Positions 1 through 13,143 of a DNA stretch of 64,000 nucleotides are shown here, in pieces. Each line of letters begins with the position of its first letter. Position 1 is the first letter of the stretch. The translations under genes were made by a program, and so were the position numbers. The notes under the pieces were generated by a model. That model saw only the letters and a list, made by a program, of their open reading frames with translations, did not search any database and was not told the origin of the DNA. Source of the DNA: Mobula hypostoma (taxonomy: Eukaryota); the NCBI RefSeq assembly GCF_963921235.1, contig NC_086097.1, positions 15,066,001 to 15,130,000 on the forward strand, in the 5' to 3' direction.

Positions 1-124
1 AGAGTTCTAACAATCTTGCTTTGGAAGCCACAGTATGACGAAAGGGGTTGGGGTTCCATTCTGTTTTTTTGTGGTATTGTTTACTCATTTGCTCTATTTG
101 AATTTTCTGGCATTGAAGATAATG

Positions 125-710
125 GTGCCCAAGGAAGATGGTGTAATGCTGAGCCTTTCTACGGCATTGGTTAGATTGCACTTGGAGTATTGTGAGCAGT
201 TTTGGGCCCCGTATCTCAGAAAGGATTTGCTGCTGGTATTGGAGAGGTTCATGAGAATGATCCTGGGAATTAAAATATTAACATTTGAGGAGTGTTTGAT
301 GGCTGTGCCTATACTCATTCAGGTTGAGAAGAATAAGGGGCAATCTCATTGAAATTTGTCAAGTATTGAAAAGCCTTAATAGAGTGGATAAGTAGAGGTT
401 ATTTCCTATAGTGGGGAAGTCTAGGACCAGAGGGCACAGTTTTAGGATAGAAGGACATCCATTAAGAATGAACATGAAGAATTTCTTGAGGCAGAGGGTG
501 GTAAATCTGTGGATTTCATTGCAATAGATATCTGGTGGCCAAGTCATAGGGTATATAGGTTCTTGATTAGTGAGGGTGTCAATGTCAAAGGTTACGGGGA
601 GAAAGCTGGAGAATGGGATTGAGGGGATAATAGATCAGCCACGATGAAATGATGGAAAAGACTTAAAAGTGCCAAATGACCTAATTCTACCACTTTGCTT
701 TATGGTCATG
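125..710 (+). mobile_element. CR1-type LINE 3' fragment
   Basis: Encodes ALVRLHLEYCEQFWAPYLRKD, typical of the CR1 ORF2 C-terminus, followed by the 3'UTR (cctaattct...tatggtc) repeated many times in the window. Confidence 0.85.
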
Positions 711-1062
711 ACACCACAAACTTGGTTAATAAGAATAAAGATTTGAAACTTATGGATATGCCTGGGGGCTACGTGAGTACTGAGTCATGGATATGGACAC
801 TTCAGATCAATCAAGGGCCATGTTCAGAAGCCTAGATAAAGTGAAACTTAATGTAAATTAATGACTTGTAAAGGGGAAGAACTTCCTGAGATGTATGTTT
901 TTCAAAGTTGATGTGGTAGTAACAGGGATGGTTGCACTAAAGTACTAATTTATTTTGCAGTAGCTAAACTCTAAGCTTAAATCTAACTTATTTTCTTCTT
1001 GATTCATAGGTTTTGAGCTTAGAGGTTACACATAATGTTAGTCCAATTTTCTCTTTCTGCAG

Positions 1063-1120
1063 GTGATAAAAACAAACTTCAAAAGCTGGTGCAAATGGCC
1101 TGGACCTTTGTAAATGACAG
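1063..1120 (+). CDS. CCNK: Cyclin K coding exon (first in window, 58 nt)
   Basis: Acceptor tttctgcag| and donor |gtaagc. Reads (G)[18 protein letters not shown](S), matching the cyclin K second cyclin box as recalled. Phase joins the next exon. Confidence 0.95.
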
Positions 1121-1273
1121 GTAAGCAATCTTTTGAAGTGTACTGTTCTTAACATAGCCATGAAAGGCGATCATACGTTAATAGGATAAATTCATTATGT
1201 TGGTTTTGGATTTGTTTTTCATATGCTGCTTTGCAATAGCTCCTTTAACAGTGTGTTAATTTTTTTCTTTCAG

Positions 1274-1443
1274 TTTGTGCACTATGCTATGTCTTCAGTG
1301 GGAGCCTGAGATTATTGCAGTGGCTGTGATGTACCTAGCTGGCAGGCTGTGTAAATTTGAGATCCAGGAGTGGTCGGCCAAGCCAATTTACAGGCGATGG
1401 TGGGAGCAGTTTGTACAGGATGTGCCTGTTGAATTACTGGAAG
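1274..1443 (+). CDS. CCNK: Cyclin K coding exon (170 nt)
   Basis: Acceptor ttctttcag| and donor |gtacag. Reads [56 protein letters not shown], a clearly recognisable cyclin K segment. Confidence 0.97.
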
Positions 1444-2370
1444 GTACAGTTTACAGTCACAAGATCACAAAGTTATCATGTGGAAGGAGGTCTTGCAGCC
1501 CATTGTGTCTCAGCTAATTTTTGCACAAAGACAATCCTTTTAGTTCCACTCCAGATGCTGTCCCAGTAGCTCTCCAAAGATTTTTATGTTTTTATTTAGT
1601 CTAAAAGCACTAAGAAAATGGTATCATTTTTTTAAAGTAAAGCATGTGTCTAAGCTAAGATAAGATGTATTTTAACCTATGTGTAATTTAACCAGTAAAG
1701 TTCAAAGTAGATCTTGTGTTATTCTAGAGCACAAGTGGTTATTTTTCTAAATATTTTGTTGTAGCAAAAAATAAGGACACCATAAATTAACTAACTAAAT
1801 CAATAAAAACTAAGATAAAAATGTGAATTCCTAATGTTCCTTGATAGTTTAGTTATTGAGATAGCATTAATTCTTGGAAACAAACTTTTGCTATTTTTTT
1901 TAATAAGTGACTAACTAGCCCTTTGTGCAAGAATTGGAGTCCATGGGATTAACCAACTGAGTTTAGTCATATCTTCAGTTTTGCTAAACATTAAACAAAA
2001 TGGAATTTGTTGTAAAATATGTGTATAGTTCCAAGTTAATTCATTTGATTGAATCAGATACTGGGCCTCTATCTAACTTTGCTACCAAGAAATGCTCTGT
2101 TATTGCCCTCTTAGCACTGATACATTGCCTTCAGCCTTTCTGTTGAGGAAAAAAGTGGTGATAATGATTATTGTGTCTTTTATAACCCTGCAACTTCCTT
2201 GGCCAGGGTGCCTTCTAACCAATAAAGTGGAGGCACTGTTGGCAAATGACAAACTACTGGAAAATGCATGTGTGATTGATGAAGCGAGGACGGTATAAGT
2301 TTTGGCTGGGATCCCTGCAATGATTATCAGTGGGCTAGAGAAAGAACATCTATTGGAATATACTAGAGTG

Positions 2371-2445
2371 GAGGTTCCCAACCTTTTTTATGCCATGGCC
2401 CTTTACCATTAACCAAGGGGTCAGTGGACCCCAGGTTGGGAACCC
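2371..2445. mobile_element. ~75-bp hAT-type MITE
   Basis: Terminal inverted repeats ggttcccaacct...aggttgggaacc. Related copies at 36033-36099, 45881-45951, 47022-47088 and 52323-52388. Confidence 0.7.
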
Positions 2446-2882
2446 TTTTAATAATAGATCATTAATGATCATTTTCATAGAAGAGAAAATCTCCTTGGGT
2501 TGGTGCAAACTGCATCAGGCTCACCATACATTTTTTTCCATATTTGATTGAATACCTGGAGTGTTTTCTCAGCAGGTTTCTAAAGAGTAGTTAATTTTAC
2601 TGCCATTCCAGTTGCTTAAGACTGTCTTGGAGCTGTTTTATCCTTTTCTAAACCTGTTGTAGTACAAGCTAGATTTTAAATAATGTTTCTCTCAGGATTT
2701 AAAAAAAATATATTGGGTACCAGGACCAGATCTTAATATTTCGTTAAGCATGCAGTGCCTGATTTCCAAAGTTAGGACTTGGTTTGCTTACACCAGCTAC
2801 GTTATTGACTGATATATTTCAGACCTGCCTGCTGTTTTAATCAAGTTACAGCAAATGATGTCTGGCTTTTGGTCTTGTGCAG

Positions 2883-3061
2883 ATATTTGCCATCAGATAC
2901 TGGACCTCTATTCCCAGGGTCAACAGCAGATGCCCCAGGCCCCCCAGCACCAGTTAGCAGCAATCCCGAGTTTGGAGCAACCACTACCACCAGTACAGGT
3001 GCAGCAGACCAAGAAACTTTCGCCTCAGTCGACACCACCTCGACAGATCAAACGAGCTGCG
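2883..3061 (+). CDS. CCNK: Cyclin K coding exon (179 nt)
   Basis: Acceptor ttgtgcag| and donor |gtgagt. Reads (D)[18 protein letters not shown]...[17 protein letters not shown]. Confidence 0.95.
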
Positions 3062-3094
3062 GTGAGTGAAATGCTGTAAATGTGGAGTCACTAC

Positions 3095-3470
3095 TTTCAG
3101 TTCAATGTCCATTCAGAAATCTGATGGTAGAGGGGAGGATGCTGTTCCTGAATCGTTGAGTATGTGCCTTCAGGCTCCTGTACCTCCTCCCTCATTGTAG
3201 CATGTCCTGGATAATGGATGCAGCCTTTCTAAGGCATTGCTTCTTGAAGATGTCCAGGATGCTGTGCCGAGTGTGCTAGTGGCCATGATGGAGCTGACTG
3301 AGTTCACGACTTACTGTAGCTTATTTCACCCCTGTGCAGTGTCCCACCCTGCCATACCAGATGGTGATGTAGCCAGTTAGGATGCTCTCCACAGTACATC
3401 TGTAGAAATTTACGAGTGTCTTTGGAGACATACCAAATCCCCTCAGACTCCTAATGAAATATAGCCACTA
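3095..3470 (-). mobile_element. Rex1/Babar-like LINE 3' fragment
   Basis: Reverse strand encodes a GRRYRSLKAHTQRFRNS-type C-terminus shared with many copies in the window. Confidence 0.75.
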
Positions 3471-3600
3471 ACCAAGTGTAGCTTGTGTCTTAATTCTTCT
3501 GTTTTTACCTAGAAGGTGATTGTACTGTTTCTATTATTTGACAGGCAATTCAGTGGTATGTTGAATCTAAGAATTTTTGTTTGTTCTCTTCCTCTGTTAG

Positions 3601-3634
3601 GTTGCTTCTCCAAAGGAAGATGGCAAGACAATAG
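3601..3634 (+). CDS. CCNK: Cyclin K micro-exon (34 nt)
   Basis: Polypyrimidine tract plus ctgttag| and donor |gtattg. Reads VASPKEDGKTI(D), similar to mammalian VVSPKEENKAA(E). Supplies the phase 0 to phase 1 change needed for the next exon. Too short for the ORF track. Confidence 0.9.
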
Positions 3635-4559
3635 GTATTGTACTTTTGGATTATAATTATCTTCGTAGTCACGCATTCATTTATCATCCAGGATGTTATT
3701 TTTATGTGAGACATAAGCTCAATAAAAGAAATGAGAGACTTAAAAAAAAATGTTCTTTTATGTTCATGGCAACCAAAATTAGAAGTATTTAGATTTTCCA
3801 ACTCCTTTGCTCTCAGTCTGTAGCCTTGATTGTACTTCAGTAGCTCATCCAAGTACACTTTCAATGTGTTGGGTTTTTTCCACACTATCCTTTTGGGTAG
3901 CACATTCCATACCCACACCACTTGTTGTGTATGAAAGACTTCCCTCAACACTATTCCCTAAATATTGATGGCTCTGCTAAGGGAAAATAGGCCTGTAATT
4001 TACATCCTGTCTGAGTGGCTCATTATTTTGTACAACTCAATTAAAATGTCTCTCAGTGTCCTTATTCCAATGGAAATTACCTTGGTGTAGTCGGCCTCTC
4101 ATAACTAATTCCTCGGCACTGGCAACACCAGCACCCTCTGGTGTTATCAAATCCTTCATGTGATATGATAACCAGATCTGATTTATGAATCCATCTGAGT
4201 GTGGTTAGTATTTTATGCATTTCTGGTATGGCACTTCTGTTTTTGTATTTTGTGCCTTTACTGTCTAAAACACAAGGAGCTACCTTAGCTACCCATCACA
4301 CACATTTTAAGCATCTTTTGTCACAATTTCTAACATTCCCTGATTCTCTATACATGATCTCCTCACATTTACTATATATTATTAACCAATCGATTCATAC
4401 CTTCCTGTCAGCCACACTGCCTATTTTATAATCATGGCCCTTGCATTTCGATGTGATTCAATATGTCATATGGAATGCATGGAGCTTTCTTACCTCCGTG
4501 GATTTCTGCTGCACAGATCCATCCTGTCAATAAAGCTTCCACTAAACATTATGGAATCC

Positions 4560-7500
4560 CTCTTAAAGGAGTGAATAGAATGTGTAGAAAGGAATAATGA
4601 TAGATAATGTAATAATTAGTCAGCATGGTTATCATAGGCAGAACTCTTTCTTGACCAACCTTATTGATCTTTCTTTTGAAGAGCTATCAAGAGTCAACAG
4701 TGTCTCTGTCAATGCAGTAGATGTAAATTAGGAAGATTTTCAAAGATCTTTTTTTATAAAGTTTCTCAGAATAGATTAGTGAAGGTGGTCAGAAATTGCA
4801 GTCAATGGGCAATTGCAGAATGGATGAAAGGTAAAGTTAAGTCCAGAGAACCTTAGATGTGAAGGAGTATCAAGGGTTGGTTGGAAAGGGGGAAAAGAAA
4901 GGAAATATGGCAAAATAAGGGAAAACCCAGGAGGCCCAACAAGAGTTTAAAGGTTGTAAGAGTGCTTTCATAGGAGAGTAGAGGGGGCAGCAGATGTCAC
5001 TGATGGGCAAGATTAAGGAAATCCCAAAAGCATCTTGTAAGTATATAATGATAAAGCAGGTAACAAGGTAAAGGATCAGCCCATTGGGGGTCACAGGAGC
5101 AATATCTACCTATACAACTCACTGAAGGAAAGCATATGGTAGAATCTGGGGAGGGGTAGCAGTAAATGGAGGGTAGTGTATAGATTCCCAAGACCTGATT
5201 AGATGTTCCCAACCCACTATAGAAGGCGAGGGAGAGATTGCTGGGGCTCTGACAGATTTTTATATCTTCACTAACTACAGGTGAAGTGCCAGATGACTGG
5301 AGGACAGCAAATGTTGTACCTTTATTCAAGAAGGGCAGCAGGGAAAAGCCAGGTAATTACAGGCCAGAAAGTCTAATGTTATTGATAGGGAAGCTACTGG
5401 TGGGAAAAATTGAGGAACAGGATTCCTCTTGGAAAGGGACGGATTAACCAAAGGTGATCAGCATGTCGATATTAAGCTGGGATACTGTGTGAACAATTTG
5501 ACTGAAAAATTTTGAAGGAATAATATCTGTATTGATCAGAACAATGCAGTAATGTAGTCTACATGGATGAGAGTATCATCTTTGACAAGATCCCAAGTGG
5601 GAAACTTTCATAATGTCAGAGCCTGTAGTGTCTGGCAAATTGGATTTGAGATTGGTGTGGCAGCGGGCAGTGGTTGAGGGTTATTTTGGTGAAGGAAAGG
5701 CTATCACTGATTCATGCTGGGACCCTTTCTGTGTTTTACACATTTAATTTGGATACGAACATCATAAGTATGATGAGTACATTTGCAGATTACAAAACTT
5801 GATAATATAACGAGGAAGTAGTCTTAGGCTGCAGGACAACATTAATAAGCTGACAATATGAGAAGAGCATTGGCAGATGGAATTTAACCTTGATACGTGT
5901 GAGGTTTCAGAACAGAGTAAAGTCCATTTAGAATGTGGATGAGGAGGAATTTCTTTAGCCAAGGAGTGGTGAATCTGTGCAATTTGTTGCCACAGGCAGC
6001 TGTGGAGGTCAAGTCATTGGGTATATTTAAGGTAGAGGTTAATAGATTCTTGATTAGTCAGGACATGAAAGGATATGGGGAGAAGGCAGAAGATTAGGGT
6101 TGAGAAGGAAATGGATCAACCATTGATGAAATGGCAGAGTAGACCTGATTGGCCAAATGGCCTAATTCTGCTCCTATATCTTATGGTAATGGACCAATAG
6201 AGCAAGGGCATTCACATTGAAGAGTCAAGGGAGTGTCGAAGAAGTTCAGAGATCCCTCTGGATCCCAAAGTAGCAGGCGTTGGTAGGTGATTAAGAAGGC
6301 ATTTGGGAAGTTTCAGCCTTTGACTGGGATGTAGAATATAAAAGCAGCGGCATTGCGATACAATGATAAAATATTAGTTGAACCACAGCAAGAGTGCTCT
6401 GCACAGTTGAGGTCCACACACGATGAGCAAGGTGCAACTGCTCTCGAGAAGCTGCAGAGGGGATTCAATGGGCTCTTGCCTGATAGAGAGTATTTCACCT
6501 GTAAAGAGAGACTGGATAAGATGGGTTGTTTTTTCTTGGTTGAGAAGGCTGAGGGGTTGGCTTACCTGAGTTATACCACATTGAGGGGTATAAATAAGAT
6601 ATAATTGAAAGAATTTTCTTCCACTCGAGTGTGGTTGAAATCTAGAACGCAGTCAAAGGGTTGCTGGAACAATATTTAAAAAGTAAGAACAAAAAAAACT
6701 GGAATTGCTGAGGTATGTGGGTCAAATGCTGGAAAAATTAGATTGGATGGGTGATCAGTTTGCAAATGGTGGGCAAAAGTACTCTGACTCCATGATGAAG
6801 CAGAAAGTGAAGAAAGAAAGATACTCACAATAGAGTAGTGAATAATCCTGTTGTACAAGGGTTGGTGCTGGAATTACTATTGTTCACAGTTGACATTAAT
6901 CATTTAGAATCTGGAACCAAAAGTAATTTCTAAATTTCTCAGTGAAACCAGGTGATGTGTGGTGAGACGAAGGGAAATGATTGGTACTGAAAATCACAAA
7001 TAAAATTATAAATGATGAAAGCAAATGAATTGTTTGCATTTATTTTGAGAGGACTTGAATATAAAACCAAGGATTTGGTGTTGGGCTTTATAAGGTGTTG
7101 GTCAAACCACATTTGGATTATTGTGAGCGATTTTGGGCCCTGTATCTAAGGAAAGATGTTATTGGCCCTGGAAAGGGTTCCGAGCAGGTTCACAAACATA
7201 ATACCAGGTATGAGAGGCTTTTTGTATAGGAGTGTTTGATTTCTCAGCACCTGTACTCAATGGGGTTCAGAGGGATGACCCATTGAGGGAGAATCTCACT
7301 GAAACTTACTGACTACTGAAAGGCCTGATTAGAGTGGGCATAGAGAGGATGCTTCAAGAGTAGAAGAGTCTAGGATGTAATGGCACAGCTTCAGAATAAA
7401 GGGATGACCCATTAAAATTAAGATGAGGAGGAAGAGGGTGATGCCATACGGGATAAATCTGTGGAATTTATTGTGACACAGGGCTAAGGAGGCTGTCATT

Positions 7501-7665
7501 GGGTGTATTAAGCAGTGATGTCCTTGATTGGTAAGGGGGTCAAGCATTATGGGAAGAAGGTGAGAAAATGGGATTCAGAGGAAAAAAATCAGAACTAATT
7601 GAATGTGTGAGCAACCTTGATAGGCTGAATGACCTAATTCTGCTCCTATATCTTGTGACCTTATC
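4560..7665 (+). mobile_element. Cluster of degenerate CR1 LINE fragments
   Basis: RT remnants near 5280-5400 (DWRTANVVPLFKKG...PGNYRP) and CR1 3' ends at about 5935-6190 and 7015-7665. Confidence 0.75.
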
Positions 7666-7729
7666 AGCAGGTGAGGGTCTACACCTGATGTGAGCTAATA
7701 CACCTTAGTGGGATCAGTAGAAGGCCTCC

Positions 7730-10700
7730 GTTACTTGTAGGTGAGAGTTTAGGCAGCTAGGGACTAAATTAAAAAGCAGAACTAAAAAAGGTGGCAATCT
7801 CTGGATTACTACCTGAGCCACTTGCAAATTGAGTCAAGAAGATTAGATAGTTAAATGTGTGGCTCAAGAATTGTTGTGGGAGAAGTGGGTTTGAATTCAT
7901 GAGAAATTGGCACCAGTATTGGGGAAGGAGGGAGCTGCACCAATGGGACGTGCTCCATCTGAACCGCATTGGGACCTGGATCCTAGCGAATCGCATAAGT
8001 AGGTCTGTGGATAGGGCTTTAAGCTAATAGTAGCAGGGTGGGTCAACAGATTGGAGAAGCATGGATAAAGTAAAAGAAAAAAGTGTGGATAAAGAAAAAG
8101 CAAAAGATAAAAAAGAGTAAAGAGTGGAGTAAAGAAAAGTGCAAAAGAGAAAAAGATTACAAGATTGTAAAAGCACACTGAGTACAAGGGCACTTTATCT
8201 GAATACCTATAGTATTCGAAACAAGGTCAGTGAATTTGTGGCACAGATCAGTACAAAGGGGTATGATTTAGTGGCCATTACAGAAATGTGGTTGCAGGCT
8301 GGAGAGGATTGGGAATTAAATATCAGGTAATACTGAAGAATAGGCAGTAAGGTAAGGGAGGTGGGTTAGCGCTCTTAATTAAGGATGAGATCAGGGCAAT
8401 AATAAGAGACGATATAAGATCTAAGGAGCAGAAAGTTAAATCCAACTGGGTAGAGATTAGGAATAGTAAAAGGAAAAAAAAAATCACTGGTGGGAGTTAT
8501 CTATTGGCCACCGAATAATAACATTACAATGGCACAGGCAATAAACAGAAATATCTGAGACATGTAAGAATGGAACAGCAGTTACAATGGTGGACTTTAA
8601 CTTGCATGTAGATTGGGTGAATCAAGTTGGTCAGGGCAGTCTTAGGGAGAATTTCATAGAATGCATCCGTGATGGCTTTCTTGAACATCGTGTTTCTGAA
8701 CCTACAAGGGAACACATTATCTTAAATCTAGTCCTGTGCAATAAGACAGGTAAAATTAGTGATCTTGTAGTTGGGGGTTTTCTTGGAAAGAATGATCATA
8801 GTATGATTGAGTTTTTCATACAAATGGAAGATGCAATAGTTTGATCTAAAACCAGTGATTATACCTAAACAATGGACACTACAATGGGATGAGGGAGGAT
8901 TTGGCTAGTGTTGATTGGGAACACAGGCTATATGGTGGGGTGGTTGAAGAACAGTGGAAGACTTTCAAAGAGATTTTTCACAGTGCTCAATGAAAATATA
9001 TTCCAGTTAAAAGCAAGGGCAGTAAGGGTGGGGAGAGTCAGCCTTGGATAACGAAGGAAATAAAGAAGGCATCAAACTAAAAGTTCATGAGCACAAAGTT
9101 GCCAAGAGTAGTGGGAAACTGGAAGATTGGGAAGACTTCAAAAAGCAACAAAGAACCACTAAGTGGGCAATGAAGAAAGGTACGATAGATTATGAAAATA
9201 AAACCTAGCACAAAATGTAAAAACAGATAATGAAAGATTTTATAATTATATGAAGTAGAAAAGGGTAGCTAAAGTGAACGTAGATCCATGGGAGGATAAG
9301 AGGGGGAATTGATATTGGGTAATGAGGAAATGGCAGAGGCTTTGAATGACTATTTTGTGATGGTCTTCACAGTGGATGACACGTCTAACGTGCCAAAGAG
9401 AGATGTTATGGATGTGATGGGAGTTGAGGACCTCGATAAAATAGCTATCACTAAAGAGGTAGTGCTGAGCAAACTTGTGGGCCTGAAGATAGGTAAGTCC
9501 CCTGGTCCTGATGGAATGCATCCAGGGTACTGAAAGATATGGCAGAAGTTATAGTAGAGGCTTTGGTGATAATTTACCAAAATTCTCTGGACTCTGGGCA
9601 GATCCTAGCGGATTGGAAGGCGATGAATGTCTTGCCACTTCAAACAAGGATGTCAGCAAAAGGCAGGTAACTATAGGCCAGTTAGTTTAACATCTGTAGT
9701 TGGGAAAATGCTTGAAGCTATCATTAAAGAAGAAATAGCGAGGCATCTGGAAAGAAATGGATCCATCAGGCAAACGCAGCATGGATTCAGCAAAGGCAAG
9801 ATTTTTGACAAAATTACTGGAGTTTTTTGCGGATATAACGAGCGCAGTAGATAGAGGGGAACAGGTGGACGTAATTTACTTAGATTTTCAGAAGGCATTC
9901 GATAAGGTGCCATATAAAAGATTTGTCCATATGATAAGGATGCATAGAGTTGGGGGTGATGTTTTAGCAGGGATAGGGGATTGATTCATTCATAGAAAGC
10001 AGAGAGTTTGGATAAATGGGTGTTTCTGTGGTTGGCAATCAGTGGTGAGCGGCGTACCGCAGGGATCAATGCTGGGCCCGCCACTGTCCACGATACACAT
10101 TAACGATCTGGAAGAGGGGACCCAGTGTAGTGTATCTTAAGTTTGCTTATGATATTAAATTGAGTGGAAAAGCAAATTGTGCAGAAGATACAGAGAGTAC
10201 AGAGAGTAATAGGTAGGTTAAGTGAGTGGGCAAGGACTGGCAGATGGAGTACAATGTTGGGAAATGCGAGGTCATCTACTTTGGAAGGAAAAATGGAAGA
10301 GCAAATTATTAAATAGTAAAAAATTGCAGCATGCTGCTGTGCAGAGGGACTTGGGAGTACTTGTGCATGAAAGGTTGGTTTGCAGGTATATTGGGTTATC
10401 AAGAAGGCAAATGGGATACTGGCCTTCATTGCTAGAGGGATTGAATTTAAGAACAGGGAGGGTATGCTGCAACTGTACGGAGCATTTTTGATCTAAATGT
10501 GTATTGAACTTTGGCGGGACCACACATGGAGTACTCCTTATGGTTCTGGTCACCATATTATGAGAAGGATGCAGTGTTACTAGAGAGAATGCAATAAGGA
10601 TTTACAAGGATAATACCTGAAATATGAGGGTATACATATCAGGACAGTTGAAGAAGCTTTGGGACTTCTTTCCCTTAAGTAAAGATTAATAGATGGCTTA

Positions 10701-11035
10701 ATAGAGGTCTTTTGAAATGTGAAAGGTTTTGACTGAGTGAATACAGGGAGAACATTTTCCACATGTGGAGTAAAGCCTACATTAGGGGCCACAAATTCAG
10801 GGTGAAAACTGGGACTGCATTAGGAATTTGAAGAAATGCTTTTACCTAAGGAGTAATGAGAATGTGGTACTCTGTCTCAGAGGGTGGTTGAAACGAACAG
10901 TGTAGATTTCATTAAGGGGACTGTGGACAAGGATGCAAAAGGAAAGGAAATAAATTTAATGCTGATTGATGAGAAAAAACAGGAGAAAACTTGAGTGGAT
11001 TATAAATGTGTGGTGACTGCCCTATTTCTTTGCTA
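7730..11035 (+). mobile_element. Long degenerate CR1 LINE (ORF1 C-terminus, endonuclease, reverse transcriptase)
   Basis: APE motifs (LYLNTYSIRNK, DLVAITEMWL, DFNLH, NDHSMIEF) and RT motifs (KSPGPDGMHP, NYRPVSLTSVVGKMLE, QHGF, IYLDFQKAFDKVP, GVPQGS). Broken by stops and frameshifts. Confidence 0.92.
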
Positions 11036-11216
11036 TATATAGCTATTGTTCAAGACTAAGTTGACACATACACTTCAGGAGGCATTAATATTCACCTGTG
11101 CACTGAAATTTTGGCAGGAGTAGCAAGTATTCTAGTGAACAGTTTGGATTTTAATCAGACTGCAGTACTACTTGTAAATTTAAATTTTATTTGCAATGTT
11201 TCTCAATTCATTACAG

Positions 11217-11291
11217 ATGTACCGCCTTCTAAAATTCCCAAACTGGAAAATCCTCATCCAGCACTTCCACCAGCGAACCATCCTCCTCCAG
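11217..11291 (+). CDS. CCNK: Cyclin K coding exon (75 nt)
   Basis: Acceptor ttacag| and donor |gtaagc. Reads (D)VPPSKIPKLENPHPALPPANHPPP, phase 1 at both ends. Confidence 0.93.
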
Positions 11292-12142
11292 GTAAGCTTG
11301 TTTGCTCAATATATCACAGGTAATTGGTTTCGCAAAGTTATATTTTAAAAGCAATTCTAATTTTATTCATCATATTATAATTGTTAAATTAATCTGATGT
11401 GATGGCTGTGTGGTAATATTATTTTGTGCTTTGTGTGTGAGATATTTGCACAGTGTTGTGCATCTTGATCCAGAGGTACACTGTTTAATTTGGCTGTATA
11501 CATGTGTACAGTTGAATGACAATAAACTGAACTTGAACTTCCTCTATATTTTAAGAGCTCAGTGTAAATAGGGTCCATTCAGGATGTTGCCCTTTGGTCA
11601 CAGGCACTAACAATGTGTATTTACAGCTGGTATGCAGATAATGAAGTCTGGGGCATTTTTGTAGGGTGACTACTTTCAACATGTCCTAGTCTTTAGTATT
11701 TCTAATAACTCCCAAAGCTAAATGAGAGCATAATTGAATAGCTGATGCATTTTTATAAATGCATACAGTGTAATAATTTCTATAACCTGTTTTTTATCAG
11801 CCTTACTATACACTCTTGCTGTGTACTTATAACCTTTTCAGGCAGTCTTCCAGATCAGAACAAATCTCTGCATAAAAAGTGCTTATATTACTTTTGCCCA
11901 GCACCCATACCCATACTGACCAACTGTTTCTGAGAACAGTTTCATATTTGTTCAAAGCCAGTTGTGATTTTGAAAACCTTTTGAATTTCATCTTGACCTT
12001 CTCTACACAAGGTCAGCAGCCCCAGATTTGTTGACTATCCATGTAACTGAAATGCCTTGTCTCCGGTAATGTTCGATGAGTTGTTTCAACACCCCTTTAA
12101 GGTTGTGTCATTCTTGTGGTTGGGGGGGTGGGGGGTGAGGAG

Positions 12143-12397
12143 TGGCATGATTACTTAGCAGTTAATGTAATGCTGTTGTAGCACCAGCAACCCCAGTTCA
12201 TTCCGGGCCGCTGTCTGTAAGGGGTTTATTTGTAAGTTCACTTCATGACCACATGGATTTCCTCAGGGTGTTCCAATTTCCTCCCACATTCCAAAAGATG
12301 TACGGGTTTCGAGGTTAATTGGTTACATGGGTGTAATTGGCTGGCGTGGGCTTGTTGGGCCACTAGGGTCTGTTACTGTACTGTATCTTTAATAAAA
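12143..12397 (+). mobile_element. V-SINE (HE1-like)
   Basis: tRNA-like head plus the core ggatttcctcagggtgttccaatttcctcccaca and an A-rich tail. Confidence 0.75.
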
Positions 12398-13143
12398 ACA
12401 ATGAAAGTTACTTCATTTTACACTTAGCCAGTGTGTATTAACTTACCTGTGTGGTCAGCATCAGAAATTGTAGACACTCATTGATCTTTCTGTTTCTGCA
12501 TCCCTGTTACTATTGCATCAGTATTTCTTGGATCTATATTCTTCCAATCAAGTTGTTGGAAATTAAATTTAACCTGCCATATGCCCTCCCATTTCAGCAG
12601 TCTACTGTTCTTTGGATGCTACATATTATTCTTCTAGTTTCCTGCATTGTCTGAGTTGTGTTTTCTGCAGCACTTTAACGAAGCCTATTGTATCTAGATC
12701 ATTAATTAGGCCCTCTCGGTTTTAGCTAAATAACTGGTCTATGTGAACTAGTTATCAAGTATAATTTGTTTTCAGAAGACTAGAATTTATCTCGAAAATA
12801 GTTTTGAATTGTTAGACGGCTCTAAGTACTTAATTTTATTTTCCTGATTTGGGCATTCATGTTAGCTGAAGGTGACCCTCAAGCCAATCTCTGACCTTTT
12901 TCTTTCTATCAATTTCCTCATCTCTATTTCATCCACCCAAATCCTTGAAGATAATGGATTTCATGCCAACAGCCCACTGATGACGCATTGCAATTGCCTC
13001 TAAAATGCTGCTCCTTGGTGTATGAGGATCCTCTGGTTATTAGGCATACTATCTGCACTGTTCCCTTATAATGTGTTTGTGTGTGCTTGTGCCTCTGTAC
13101 TTGTTAATATCTAAAGATAAAATTTGCCTCTTTTAACTTCCAG

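Noticed and set aside
7730..11035. Active or domesticated reverse transcriptase gene
   Set aside because: Multiple in-frame stops and frameshifts, and the catalytic motif is degraded (FAYD in place of FADD).
12143..12215. tRNA genes
   Set aside because: The tRNA-like A/B-box sequences are SINE heads and do not form full cloverleaves.
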